Assembly (NCBI GenBank): GCA_023249845.1
Contig: JAHFBW010000002.1
Coordinates: 1-50,657, forward strand
Reading direction: 5' to 3'
Source: Candidatus Eiseniibacteriota bacterium
GTDB lineage: Bacteria; Eisenbacteria; RBG-16-71-46
DNA: 50,657 nt
Position numbers and translations under genes: made by a program. The notes under the pieces were generated by a model. It worked only from the letters and a program-made list of their open reading frames with translations. It was not told the origin of the DNA and did not search any database. This document shows positions 27,573 through 36,342 of this stretch, in pieces (position 1 is the stretch's first letter; each line of letters opens with the position of its first letter).

Positions 27573-28526
27573 ATGCTTCAGGTTCGCGAAGTGAGCAAGA
27601 GCTACGACGGCCGCACCGTCGTCAACAACGTCAGCTTCGACGTGGCCGCTGGCGAGATCTTCGCCCTGCTCGGGCCCAATGGCGCCGGCAAGACCACGCT
27701 CATCCGCATGATCACGGACATCGTGCGCCCCGATTCCGGCCAGATCTCGTTCGACGGTCGCTCGGTCGCCGGGCCCAAGCGCGCGCGCACCGCGTACCTC
27801 CCGGAGGAACGCGGGCTCTACAAGAAGGTCCCGGTGTTGGACGCGCTCGCCTACTACGGCGAGTTGAAGGACATGTCGGCCGCCGACGCGCGTCGCGAGG
27901 GAATCGAGCTTCTCGAGGAGTTCGGCCTCGCGGCCTGGGCGCGCAAGCACGTCGCCACGCTGTCCAAGGGCATGCAGCAGAAGCTTCAGCTGTGCACGGC
28001 GCTCATCGGCCGGCCCGAGCTGCTCATCCTCGACGAGCCGTTCTCGGGCCTGGACCCCATCAACGTCCAGATCCTCGAGGACGTCCTGCGCCGCCGCCGC
28101 TCCGAGGGCACGACCGTGCTCCTGTCCACGCACCAGATGAACAAGGTCGAGCAGCAGTGCGACCGGGCGCTCATGATCAACCGTGGCCACATGGTGCTCT
28201 ATGGGCAGGTTGGCGAGATCCGCCGCCAGCATGCGGAGAACGAGTTCGCGCTGCACGCGGACGGCACACCACGGCGAGTGGACGGCGTGAAGTCGGTGAC
28301 CGCCGAGAACGGCCACTGGAAGGTGGCGCTCGAGCGCGGCACGCATCCAGCGACGGTGTTGAAGCTTCTGCTCGAGCAGGGCCTCGCGGTGCGCGCGTTC
28401 GTCCCCCTTGTGCCGCCGCTCGAGGACATCTTCGTGCACGTCGTCACGACGGGCGTCGGGCTTGACGCGGGCCGGAGCGGCCCTCCCACGATCGACGAGC
28501 AGGTCTCGCTCGGAGGTGAGCGATGA
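27573..28526 (+). CDS. ABC transporter ATP-binding protein
   Basis: Motifs GPNGAGKTT, YLPEERGLY, LSKGMQQK, ILDEPFSGLD and STH. Confidence 0.92.
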   Translation: MLQVREVSKSYDGRTVVNNVSFDVAAGEIFALLGPNGAGKTTLIRMITDIVRPDSGQISFDGRSVAGPKRARTAYLPEERGLYKKVPVLDALAYYGELKDMSAADARREGIELLEEFGLAAWARKHVATLSKGMQQKLQLCTALIGRPELLILDEPFSGLDPINVQILEDVLRRRRSEGTTVLLSTHQMNKVEQQCDRALMINRGHMVLYGQVGEIRRQHAENEFALHADGTPRRVDGVKSVTAENGHWKVALERGTHPATVLKLLLEQGLAVRAFVPLVPPLEDIFVHVVTTGVGLDAGRSGPPTIDEQVSLGGER

Positions 28527-29836
28527 GCCTGTCGCTCGGCAAGGCGCTCATCATCGCGCGTCGCGAATACCTCACGACCGTGCGTCGTAAAGCGTTCGTG
28601 TTCTCGCTGCTGCTCACCCCCGCGATCCTGTTCGTGAGCGGGTTCCTGTCCACGAAGATGGCGTCCGACGACGCGCGCAAGCGCTTCGCCGAAGCGCGGA
28701 TCGTCGCGGTGGTGGATTCCTCGGGTGCGTACAGCGACGCGGCGCTCGAGTATGACTACCAGCCGACGACCGATGCGCCGCTGAACCCGAGCCAAACGCA
28801 CCCCGCGCCGACACCGCACATCGTGCCGGTGATCCTGCGGCGCTTCGAGAGCCAGCAGGTGGCGCTCGACTCGCTCGCGAAGGGAGACGTGAAGCAGGTG
28901 CTCGTCGTGGCCGCCGACTTCGTCGAGACCGGACGGCTCAGGCTCTACGCGAACGACACGCGCGTGTTCACGAGCAGTGCAGACGACCGTCCGCTGCGCT
29001 TCTGGCTCACTCGCAGTCTGCTCGCCGGGCAGACCGACTCGACGCGCATCGAGGGCGTGCTGCGTCTCGGGCGCTCGATGGACCTCTACACGCTCGACCG
29101 CGAGGGCAAGTGGGCGGTGAAGAACGACGCGCGCGAGCTGGTTGGCTTCCTGCTGCCGTTCGCGCTCGGCTTCCTGCTGTCGATGTCCATCATCACGGGC
29201 GGGCAGTACCTGCTGCAGGGCGTGAGCGAGGAAAAGGAGTCGCGCATCCTGGAATCGCTGCTGTGCAGCGTCACGCCCGACGAACTCATGCTCGGCAAAC
29301 TGCTCGGCCTGGGCGGGGCGGGGCTGACGCTCGTGGGCGTGTGGGTCGTGGCGGGCCTCATGGCCTCGGCGGGTTTGTTGAGCGTGCTCAACGTGAGCCT
29401 GCCGCCCGCGCTGTTGCTCGCGGCATTCGCGTATTTCCTGCTCGGCTACCTGTTCTACGCCAGCATCATGACAGGCATCGGCGCCATGACGAGCAACCTG
29501 CGCGAGGCCGCGCAGCTCTCGACCGTGCTCACGCTTCTCAACTTCGTGCCGTTCTGGATGCTGGTGAAGATCCTGAATTCGCCGAACTCGGGGCTCGCCG
29601 TGGGGCTCTCCCTGTTCCCGCCCAGCGCCGCGACGACGATGATGCTGCGCATGAGTGCGGCGAGCGTCTCGGGCGCGCACATCCCGGCGTGGGAGATCGC
29701 GACGTCGCTCGGGTTGCTGGCGTTGTCCGCCATAGCCGCACTGGCCATCGGCTCGCGCATGTTCCGGCTCGGCATGCTGCTCTACGGGAAGTCGCCGAAC
29801 CTGCCCGAGATCGTGCGCATCCTGCGCCAGTCGTGA
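28523..29836 (+). CDS. ABC-2 type transporter permease (NatB/YhaP-like)
   Basis: Motifs IARREY..VRRKAF and EEKESRILE.LL..LMLGKLLG, a large external loop and 6-7 TMs. Confidence 0.9.
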   Translation: MSLSLGKALIIARREYLTTVRRKAFVFSLLLTPAILFVSGFLSTKMASDDARKRFAEARIVAVVDSSGAYSDAALEYDYQPTTDAPLNPSQTHPAPTPHIVPVILRRFESQQVALDSLAKGDVKQVLVVAADFVETGRLRLYANDTRVFTSSADDRPLRFWLTRSLLAGQTDSTRIEGVLRLGRSMDLYTLDREGKWAVKNDARELVGFLLPFALGFLLSMSIITGGQYLLQGVSEEKESRILESLLCSVTPDELMLGKLLGLGGAGLTLVGVWVVAGLMASAGLLSVLNVSLPPALLLAAFAYFLLGYLFYASIMTGIGAMTSNLREAAQLSTVLTLLNFVPFWMLVKILNSPNSGLAVGLSLFPPSAATTMMLRMSAASVSGAHIPAWEIATSLGLLALSAIAALAIGSRMFRLGMLLYGKSPNLPEIVRILRQS

Positions 29837-31326
29837 CGTCCTCCGGCCCCGCCGCCTCATTCGTCGAAGGCGGCGGGCCGCCGGCGGAACGTGAGCCTGC
29901 GTGGCCGCGCTGGCGCGTGTTCCCGCCCATCGCGCTCGGCGTGATCATGGCCACGCTCGACGCCAGCGTGGTGAACATCGCGCTGCCGACGCTGCAGCGG
30001 ACGCTGCACGCCGGGCTCGCCACCGTGGAGTGGGTGGCGCTCGCCTACTCGCTCGCGCTCACTGGATTCCTGCTCGCGGCCGGGCGCCTGGCCGACGCGC
30101 GAGGCCGGCGCGGTATCTACGGCGCGGGACTCCTACTGTTCGTGCTCGCGTCGCTGCTCTGCGGCCTCGCTCCCACGGTGCACACGCTCATCGCGCTCCG
30201 CGTCTTCCAAGGCGTCGCCGCGGCGCTCGTCGCCGCCAACGGCTCGGCGCTTCTCGTGCAGGCGTTCCCCGAGTCCGAGCGCGGGCGCGCGCTCGGCGCG
30301 TTCGGCGCCATGGTGGGCGTGGGACTCGCGGTGGGGCCGCCGCTCGGGGGTCTCGTCGTGGCGCATGCGTCGTGGCGCTGGATCTTCCTCGTCAACCTGC
30401 CGCTCGGGCTCCTGGCTCACGCGCTGCTCCTGCGTCGCGTGCCGCGCGACGCGCCATCCGGGCCGTCGCGAGGGGTGATCGGGCTGCCGCCGCTCCTTTG
30501 GGCCGGCGGACTCGCCGCGATGATGCTCGCGATCACGCGCGGCGCGGAGGCTGGCTGGATGAGCCCAGTCGTGATGGCACTGGCGGCCGTCGGCGCGGGG
30601 CTGCTCGCGGCGTTCGTCTCGACGCAACGCCATGCGCCGGAGCCGCTGCTGCCGTTGGACGTGGTCGCGGGCCCGCTGGGAGCCGCCGTGACGCTCACGT
30701 TCCTGGGCCAGCTGCTGAGCGTGTCAGTGGGATTCCACCTGCCGCTCGTGCTGGAGACGCTCGGCGGGTGGAGCGCCGCCCGATCCGGAGCGTGGCTCGC
30801 GGTCCTGCCCGGCGCCGCTCTGGTGTGCGCACCCATCGCGGGCCGCCTGGCCGACCGGCTGGGCCCGCGCCGGCTCACGTCCTCAGGCATGCTGCTCACG
30901 GGTGCGGGCCTGGCGCTCCTCTCGCGGCTCGACACGCGGCTCTCGGCTGCTGCACTCGCTGGGGGCATGGTGCTGGTGGGCGTGGGCCAGGGGCTCTTCG
31001 CCGTGCCCAACTCGAGCGCGCTCCTGTCGCTCGTGCCGGCCGCGCGGCTGGGCCTGGCCTCCGGGCTCCAGGGGACGACGCGGAACCTGGGCATCGCCTC
31101 GGGTGTGGCTCTGACGGGCGCGCTCGTGACCATGCGCTACCGAGCCCTGTCGGGGACGACGCTCGCGCTGGGGGGGCCCAGGCCGGTGGACCGGGAGGCG
31201 TTCCGTGCCGCAACGGAGCAGACCCTCCTGGGGTTGGCGCTGCTGGCGCTGGTTGCGGCGGGGCTCGCCTGGCGGGCGGGAGGGTCACGCCAGGCGCCTA
31301 CTGACCCCGCCCGTGATAGGATGTAA
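29833..31326 (+). CDS. MFS transporter, DHA2 (EmrB/QacA-like)
   Basis: Motifs LDASVVNIALP, GRLAD..GRR, GPPLGG and WRWIFLVNLP. GTGA overlap with the upstream stop. Confidence 0.88.
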   Translation: MTSSGPAASFVEGGGPPAEREPAWPRWRVFPPIALGVIMATLDASVVNIALPTLQRTLHAGLATVEWVALAYSLALTGFLLAAGRLADARGRRGIYGAGLLLFVLASLLCGLAPTVHTLIALRVFQGVAAALVAANGSALLVQAFPESERGRALGAFGAMVGVGLAVGPPLGGLVVAHASWRWIFLVNLPLGLLAHALLLRRVPRDAPSGPSRGVIGLPPLLWAGGLAAMMLAITRGAEAGWMSPVVMALAAVGAGLLAAFVSTQRHAPEPLLPLDVVAGPLGAAVTLTFLGQLLSVSVGFHLPLVLETLGGWSAARSGAWLAVLPGAALVCAPIAGRLADRLGPRRLTSSGMLLTGAGLALLSRLDTRLSAAALAGGMVLVGVGQGLFAVPNSSALLSLVPAARLGLASGLQGTTRNLGIASGVALTGALVTMRYRALSGTTLALGGPRPVDREAFRAATEQTLLGLALLALVAAGLAWRAGGSRQAPTDPARDRM

Positions 31327-31509
31327 CATGTTGTGCTGAAATATGATATGGAGATATTGCGTGCCGCGGGACCGATGGTCATGAAGTGGGCGGATTGCGC
31401 GGCCCGTGTCGCGTGGTTGCCCGCCCCAACCGACCCCAAGAAAACGGTTGTGCCGCGAGCGCCGTTTGTCGACAATCAGTTACACGCATAGAGCAGCCGG
31501 GAGACCGCA

Positions 31510-31525
31510 AGGAACGCTCCTTGCA
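31510..31525 (+). promoter_or_regulatory. Putative sigma54 promoter
   Basis: AGGAACGCTCCTTGCA fits GG-N10-GC with TTGCA. An IHF-like CAA-N4-TTA core lies at 31473-31482 and an AT-rich patch at ~31320-31360. Confidence 0.5.
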
Positions 31526-31534
31526 ATCTCCCGT

Positions 31535-31750
31535 GCGGAACCCGGCCGGAGAGCCGGACGTTCCTCTACGCAGCAAGAGCCCGCCTTCGGCCAGTAAAGA
31601 GTAGGACCCGAGAGGTCCCTGCCGCTGGAAGGGTCGGACACGGGAGTCGGCGACGAAGAGCTGAAGCACCCGTTCCCTCTTGCGCTCGCGGTCGGGCCCA
31701 CGGCCCCTCCGCATGACTACGGGATCGCCCGGTCCATGGCCGGGCGTTTT
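31535..31750 (+). ncRNA. Candidate structured non-coding RNA or leader upstream of nadE, family not recognised
   Basis: Nested helices 31541-48/31689-96, 31573-79/31677-83, 31604-08/31614-18 and 31640-44/31669-73, with purine-rich loops. Ends in a terminator. Confidence 0.55.
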
Positions 31751-31755
31751 CGTTT
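31726..31755 (+). terminator. Rho-independent terminator
   Basis: CGCCCGGTC-CAT-GGCCGGGCG hairpin followed by TTTTCGTTT. Confidence 0.75.
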
Positions 31756-31887
31756 GTGGGCGCGGCTTTGCCGCGCCGATCGCGGTCGCGAATGATGTTA
31801 GGCGCCTGGTCGCTCCGCGGCGCGCCCTCCTCCTCCACCCCCGCCCCGCTTGCGCCCCCGCGGAGCGGCCCGCAGACTGACCGGCCC

Positions 31888-33636
31888 ATGCGCACACTCC
31901 GCATCGGCCTCGCCCAGATCAATCCCACCGTCGGGGACCTGGACGGCAACCTGGCCAGGATCCTCGAGGAGATCGAGCGCGCCCGGGCCCTGGGCGTCGA
32001 ACTGCTGGCGTTCCCCGAGATGTGCGTCCCGGGCTACCCGCCCGAGGACCTGCTCTTGAAGCCGGCTTTCATCCAGGGTTGCATCGACCGCACCCGCGAC
32101 CTCGCGGCGCACACCCGCGGCATGACCGTGATCGTGGGCACGATCGAGCGCGACGTGGACCTCTACAACTCGGCCGCCATCCTGCACGACGGCCGCTGGG
32201 TCGGAAACGCTCGCAAGCGTTACCTCCCGAACTACGGCGTGTTCGACGAGAACCGCTACTTCATGCCCGAGCGGAAGAGCGTCGTGTTCTCGCGCGCCGG
32301 CACGGTGTTCGGTGTGAACGTGTGCGAGGACATCTGGCTCGCGGGCGGGCCATCCGAGGAGCAGGTCGTGCGCGGCGGGGCCGAGGTCATCCTGAACCTG
32401 TCGGCGTCGCCCTACCATGCCGGCAAGGCCGACGAGCGCCGTCGCATGATCTCGACGCGCGCCGCGGACAACCTCGCCATCGTCTGCTACGTGAACCTGG
32501 TCGGCGGGCAGGACGAGATCGTGTTCGACGGCTCGAGCCTGATCCTGGATCAGGACGGCAACGTGATGGCCGAGGGCGCCGCGTTCGAGGAGGACCTGGT
32601 TGTGGCGGATGTGGACCTCGACGAGGTCTTCAACGCGCGGCTCCACGATCCGCGCCTGCGCAAGGAGCGCGTGCTCGACGACTCGGATCCCATGCCGCGC
32701 ATCCATCTGGACCAGTTCGCCGACACGGGGTCCGGGGGTGGCGTCGCGCTCGCGCGCCCCGCACTCGCACCGCGCGCCGAGCGCGGGCAGACCGACGACA
32801 AGGCCGAGATCTACGCCGCGCTCGTGCTGGGCGTTCGCGACTACGTGCGCAAGAACGGGTTCGAGGCCGTCGTGCTCGGGCTCTCGGGTGGTATCGACTC
32901 GGCGCTCACGGCCTGTGTCGCCGTGGACGCGCTGGGTTCGCAACACGTCGTGGGCATCGCGATGCCCTCGCCCTACACATCCGGGGCGTCACAGGCCGAC
33001 GCCGAAACACTCGCGCGTACGCTCGGGATGCGCTTCCAGACGCTCGCCATTCGCGACATCATGAACACCTACGAGCAGGTGCTCGCGCCGTCGTTCACGG
33101 GGCGCGAGCGCGACACCACCGAGGAGAATCTGCAGGCGCGCATCCGCGGCAACGCGCTGATGGCGCTGTCCAACAAGTTCGGGTGGCTGGTGCTGACGAC
33201 CGGCAACAAGAGCGAGACAAGCGTGGGTTACAGCACGCTCTACGGCGACACGGCCGGCGGGTTCGCGGTGCTGAAGGACGTCTACAAGACGCAGGTCTAC
33301 GCGCTCGCGCGCTGGCGGAACTCGCACGGGGCGGTGATTCCGGAGAACACGCTGACCCGCCCGCCTTCCGCAGAGCTCCGTCCGGGCCAGACGGACCAGG
33401 ACTCGCTGCCGCCCTACGAAACGCTGGACGCGATCCTGCGCGAATACGTCGAGGAGGACCGCTCCATCGCGGAGATCGCCCGCATGGGGCACGACGAGGC
33501 GCTGGTGCGGCGCGTGGCGCGCATGGTGGACGTGGCGGAATACAAACGGCGCCAGAGTCCGCCGGGCATCAAGATCACGCCGCGCGCGTTCGGCAAGGAC
33601 CGGAGACTGCCGATCACGAATCGCTGGCAGGGCTGA
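31888..33636 (+). CDS. nadE: Glutamine-dependent NAD+ synthetase
   Basis: Nitrilase-type domain (FPE, YPPED, LPNYGVFDE, CED) plus synthetase motifs GLSGGIDS, ENLQARIRG, TGNKSE and PSAEL. Confidence 0.95.
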   Translation: MRTLRIGLAQINPTVGDLDGNLARILEEIERARALGVELLAFPEMCVPGYPPEDLLLKPAFIQGCIDRTRDLAAHTRGMTVIVGTIERDVDLYNSAAILHDGRWVGNARKRYLPNYGVFDENRYFMPERKSVVFSRAGTVFGVNVCEDIWLAGGPSEEQVVRGGAEVILNLSASPYHAGKADERRRMISTRAADNLAIVCYVNLVGGQDEIVFDGSSLILDQDGNVMAEGAAFEEDLVVADVDLDEVFNARLHDPRLRKERVLDDSDPMPRIHLDQFADTGSGGGVALARPALAPRAERGQTDDKAEIYAALVLGVRDYVRKNGFEAVVLGLSGGIDSALTACVAVDALGSQHVVGIAMPSPYTSGASQADAETLARTLGMRFQTLAIRDIMNTYEQVLAPSFTGRERDTTEENLQARIRGNALMALSNKFGWLVLTTGNKSETSVGYSTLYGDTAGGFAVLKDVYKTQVYALARWRNSHGAVIPENTLTRPPSAELRPGQTDQDSLPPYETLDAILREYVEEDRSIAEIARMGHDEALVRRVARMVDVAEYKRRQSPPGIKITPRAFGKDRRLPITNRWQG

Positions 33637-33727
33637 ATTTGTCGCCGGCTCCGCTCGCGATCGCGGGCTCCGCTTCGCGATCGCTTGCGCGGTCGCCACG
33701 TCAGGCGTGCGCGGCCCTTTCGCGGTC

Positions 33728-33868
33728 GCCACGCCAGGGGTGCGCGGCCCAGGCGAACGGTCGGCGGCGGATCCCTGCCGCCGCCTCCCTCGTCTGAAGT
33801 CGCGCCCCGCCTTCCCTGGCTCCCGCGCGACTTCAGGCGCCGCCAGGGCCGCGCACCCCTGGCGTGGC
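33728..33868. repeat. Palindromic element, family B-like, with 23-bp perfect inverted arms and an extra left arm at 33688-33717
   Basis: GCCACGCCAGGGGTGCGCGGCCC pairs with GGGCCGCGCACCCCTGGCGTGGC. Internal ATCCCTG and CTTCCCTGG motifs. Lies between convergent genes. Confidence 0.7.
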
Positions 33869-33944
33869 TCCGGGTAGCGCTTGGCTTGGCGTAGCGCAAC
33901 GCCCCGGCGCGCTTCGTGCCGGGGCGTGTCGTTTCGGCTTCTTG

Positions 33945-34484
33945 CTACTTGGCGGCGCCTACCACGGCGATCACGGCGCCGTTCGTCACGGTGCAGTTGA
34001 ATGCGCCGTTCGCAATCACGTACAGCGCGAAATGGCCGTCGCCCTTGATCTCGTCGATCAGCGTCTGGCGCCCTTTGAACAGCCCGGACGATCCGTTCCA
34101 GTCGATGTTCCTGGTCGCGCCCGCACCCACGGACAGTGGGCCCCAGAGCTGAACGCCGTTTGCCTGCACCTGGGCCAGCGTGAGGCCCAGCAGCGTGCCG
34201 GAAGAAACGATCCACACTTCGATGTTCGCCGTGGATCCGGTGTTGTTCTTGAAGTCGCCGATCAGCGCCAGGTCCTCGACGCGCTTCAAGTCGTCCTTGT
34301 GGTCGGCGTAGTCCCCGATCGTGTTCAAGTCAACGTCCACGCCGACCAACGTGGCGCCGTTCACGACGTTGAGCGGATCCGGGAGCTGGTACGTCACCAC
34401 GAACTGCCCGGAGATGAGGAAGCACCCGGCCGCCGCCAGCGCGGACAGTACCAGGATGGGCACAGCGGTGCGAAGCGTCTTCAT
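33945..34484 (-). CDS. Hypothetical lipoprotein
   Basis: Lipobox AAGC, an AAAGGG RBS and a beta-rich body. Likely co-transcribed with the upstream barrel gene. Confidence 0.75.
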   Translation of the reverse strand: MKTLRTAVPILVLSALAAAGCFLISGQFVVTYQLPDPLNVVNGATLVGVDVDLNTIGDYADHKDDLKRVEDLALIGDFKNNTGSTANIEVWIVSSGTLLGLTLAQVQANGVQLWGPLSVGAGATRNIDWNGSSGLFKGRQTLIDEIKGDGHFALYVIANGAFNCTVTNGAVIAVVGAAK

Positions 34485-34498
34485 GGTCGGGGTCCCTT

Positions 34499-35038
34499 TC
34501 ACGGCAGGCTGAAGATGGAGTAGGAGGCGCCAAGCGTGATGTTCACCATCTTGCGCGCCACGTCGCCGTCGGCCGCCGCCTGCAGTTCACCGCGCAGATG
34601 CACGCCAAGTTTGGGCATGGGCGAGATCCCGAGCCCCAACCCCATGTGGTACGAGGTGAACGACTCGTCCTGGCCGGTGCGCTTGAACTTGGCGGAGCCG
34701 ATCCCGACGTAGGGGTAGAAGCTGAACGGACCCCCGAGGGTGAGCATGGCGTTCGCCCCGAACGTGGTGACATCGGAACCCTCGCGCGTCGTGCTGATGC
34801 CCGGCGCGATGTCGATGGTCTTGTCGCCGAGTCCCGACGACGAGAAGAACGGCTCCACGGTGAACAGCGGAACGAGTTTCACGGGCGCGCGGAAACCCCA
34901 CAGCGAACCCTTGTCCTGATCGTCCTGCACGATGGGCACGCTGGCGCCCGCGAAGAATCCGAGTCCGACACTGGCCGCTCGTGCGACGCCGGAGAGCAGG
35001 GCGGTCGCGGCGAGCGCGAACACGAGAACTCTCTTCAT
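34499..35038 (-). CDS. Outer-membrane beta-barrel protein (8-stranded, OmpA-like membrane domain)
   Basis: Signal peptide, alternating amphipathic strands, FYPYVGIG and ITLGASY motifs, and a TAAGGAG RBS. Confidence 0.8.
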   Translation of the reverse strand: MKRVLVFALAATALLSGVARAASVGLGFFAGASVPIVQDDQDKGSLWGFRAPVKLVPLFTVEPFFSSSGLGDKTIDIAPGISTTREGSDVTTFGANAMLTLGGPFSFYPYVGIGSAKFKRTGQDESFTSYHMGLGLGISPMPKLGVHLRGELQAAADGDVARKMVNITLGASYSIFSLP

Positions 35039-35179
35039 GGTTTGCTCCTTACTCGAGTGCATTCCAGTTAGAGGACCTGATCGGGGAGGCGAAGAGCCGG
35101 AGCCTCGCTGACCGAGAGCTCGGAATCAAGTGCGCAAACGTGGGCCCCGAGATCCAGTGGTCGGGCGCGCGGAGAACCC

Positions 35180-35362
35180 TGGCCGGGATTATTCATGAAC
35201 CGTGAATCGAGAGGGACGGATGTCCGTGAAGCGCAAGGCGAAGGCTTGGCCCGCGACGGAGTAGTGTCGGTGACACGTCGCAGGAGCGGGCCACGCCTTC
35301 AACGCAGCGATTCATGGGCAGCCGGCCCGCGCCGGCCACGGGCTCATGAATGATCCCGGCTA
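35180..35362 (+). mobile_element. Family A MITE-like repeat, copy 3
   Basis: Nearly identical to 13412-13594. Its right end CTAG includes the stop codon of the B3/4 gene. Confidence 0.85.
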
Positions 35363-36046
35363 GTGTCGCGTCTGCACGAGGTGCACGGTGGCGCCGCAGT
35401 GGCGCGCGAGCAGGTCGGCGACGCGCGCGAGCATGAGCGACAGGTGCTGGCTCGGCCGCTCCGCCGGGCAGTAGATGACCGCGAGCAGTGCGCGCGTGCC
35501 GTCGCTGACCTGCGTGCGTGCCGAGTCCGCCGTGGGCGCGCCGAATGCGCCCTCGTCGTCGGCGAGCAGCGGCCGACCGGCGAGGTTCACGCGGCCCTTG
35601 CGGATGCCTTCGTATCCTTCGCCGGGGCGACCGACGCGCGCGTAGATGGCGCCCTTCACGTTCGCGCGGTCGTAGAGCCCGAGCGGGAGCTGGTGCTCGA
35701 GCGACGCCAGGTTGCACGCGTCCACCGCGGGCTGGATGCGCGGCAGTCCCTTGCCCTGCAGCACGCGGCGCAGCAATGCCTCGCTCGCGGGCCGCGATTT
35801 CGTCGGGTCCACGCCCAGCCGATGGAACATGCCGCGAGTCTCGGCCACGCCCGGGATGTCGGCGGCAGCGCGCCCTTCGAATCGGCGCATCAGGCCGCGG
35901 ATGGACTCGTCGCGTTCGGTGTCGAACGCCTCGCCGAGCGGTTCACCGTGGAGCCCGTCGGCCTCGAGCCACCCCAGGGCGACCACGCCTCGGAGCGCTT
36001 CATCCATCTCGAGCGCGAGTCCACCTGCGCGAGCCTGCAGTGTCAT
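35360..36046 (-). CDS. Free-standing B3/4 domain protein (PheT editing-domain-like)
   Basis: Motifs GVDPTK.RPASEALLRRV, VD.CNL.SL..QLP.GLYD and DDEG.FG.PT.DS.RT, with an AGGAG RBS. Confidence 0.87.
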   Translation of the reverse strand: MTLQARAGGLALEMDEALRGVVALGWLEADGLHGEPLGEAFDTERDESIRGLMRRFEGRAAADIPGVAETRGMFHRLGVDPTKSRPASEALLRRVLQGKGLPRIQPAVDACNLASLEHQLPLGLYDRANVKGAIYARVGRPGEGYEGIRKGRVNLAGRPLLADDEGAFGAPTADSARTQVSDGTRALLAVIYCPAERPSQHLSLMLARVADLLARHCGATVHLVQTRH

Positions 36047-36313
36047 CGCGATCTCCTGCGTCGCTCATCGTCCGCGCGGACCGCTGCGCGAAGGATGAGG
36101 AGCGGGCGGCGTGGAAATCCCTTTCCGACCGAACGCACGAGAAGGCACGAAGGCCCTCGAGTGCGCGCACGGCCTAAACTCTTGTCATCGCCGCCCGCCG
36201 GCCCCTGAGTCCTCAAGAGGCGCGCGCGGAGGTTCGCGCGCAGCCCGACCGGCGCCTCTGCCGCGCGCGAAACTCGTGGTGGTTGCGCGACAGGCGGTGT
36301 GAATCGTGGGCGC

Positions 36314-36342
36314 ACCATAGCGTGCGCGCCACGCGGTGCCAA
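36314..36342 (-). promoter_or_regulatory. Putative sigma70 promoter with upstream A-tracts
   Basis: TTGGCA-17 bp-TATGGT on the minus strand, preceded by AAAAT and AAAAAAAT tracts. Confidence 0.5.

Noticed and set aside
31535..31750. Assignment to a known riboswitch, tmRNA, RNase P or SRP RNA
   Set aside because: The diagnostic conserved motifs of these classes were not found by eye. It is left as an unassigned candidate.
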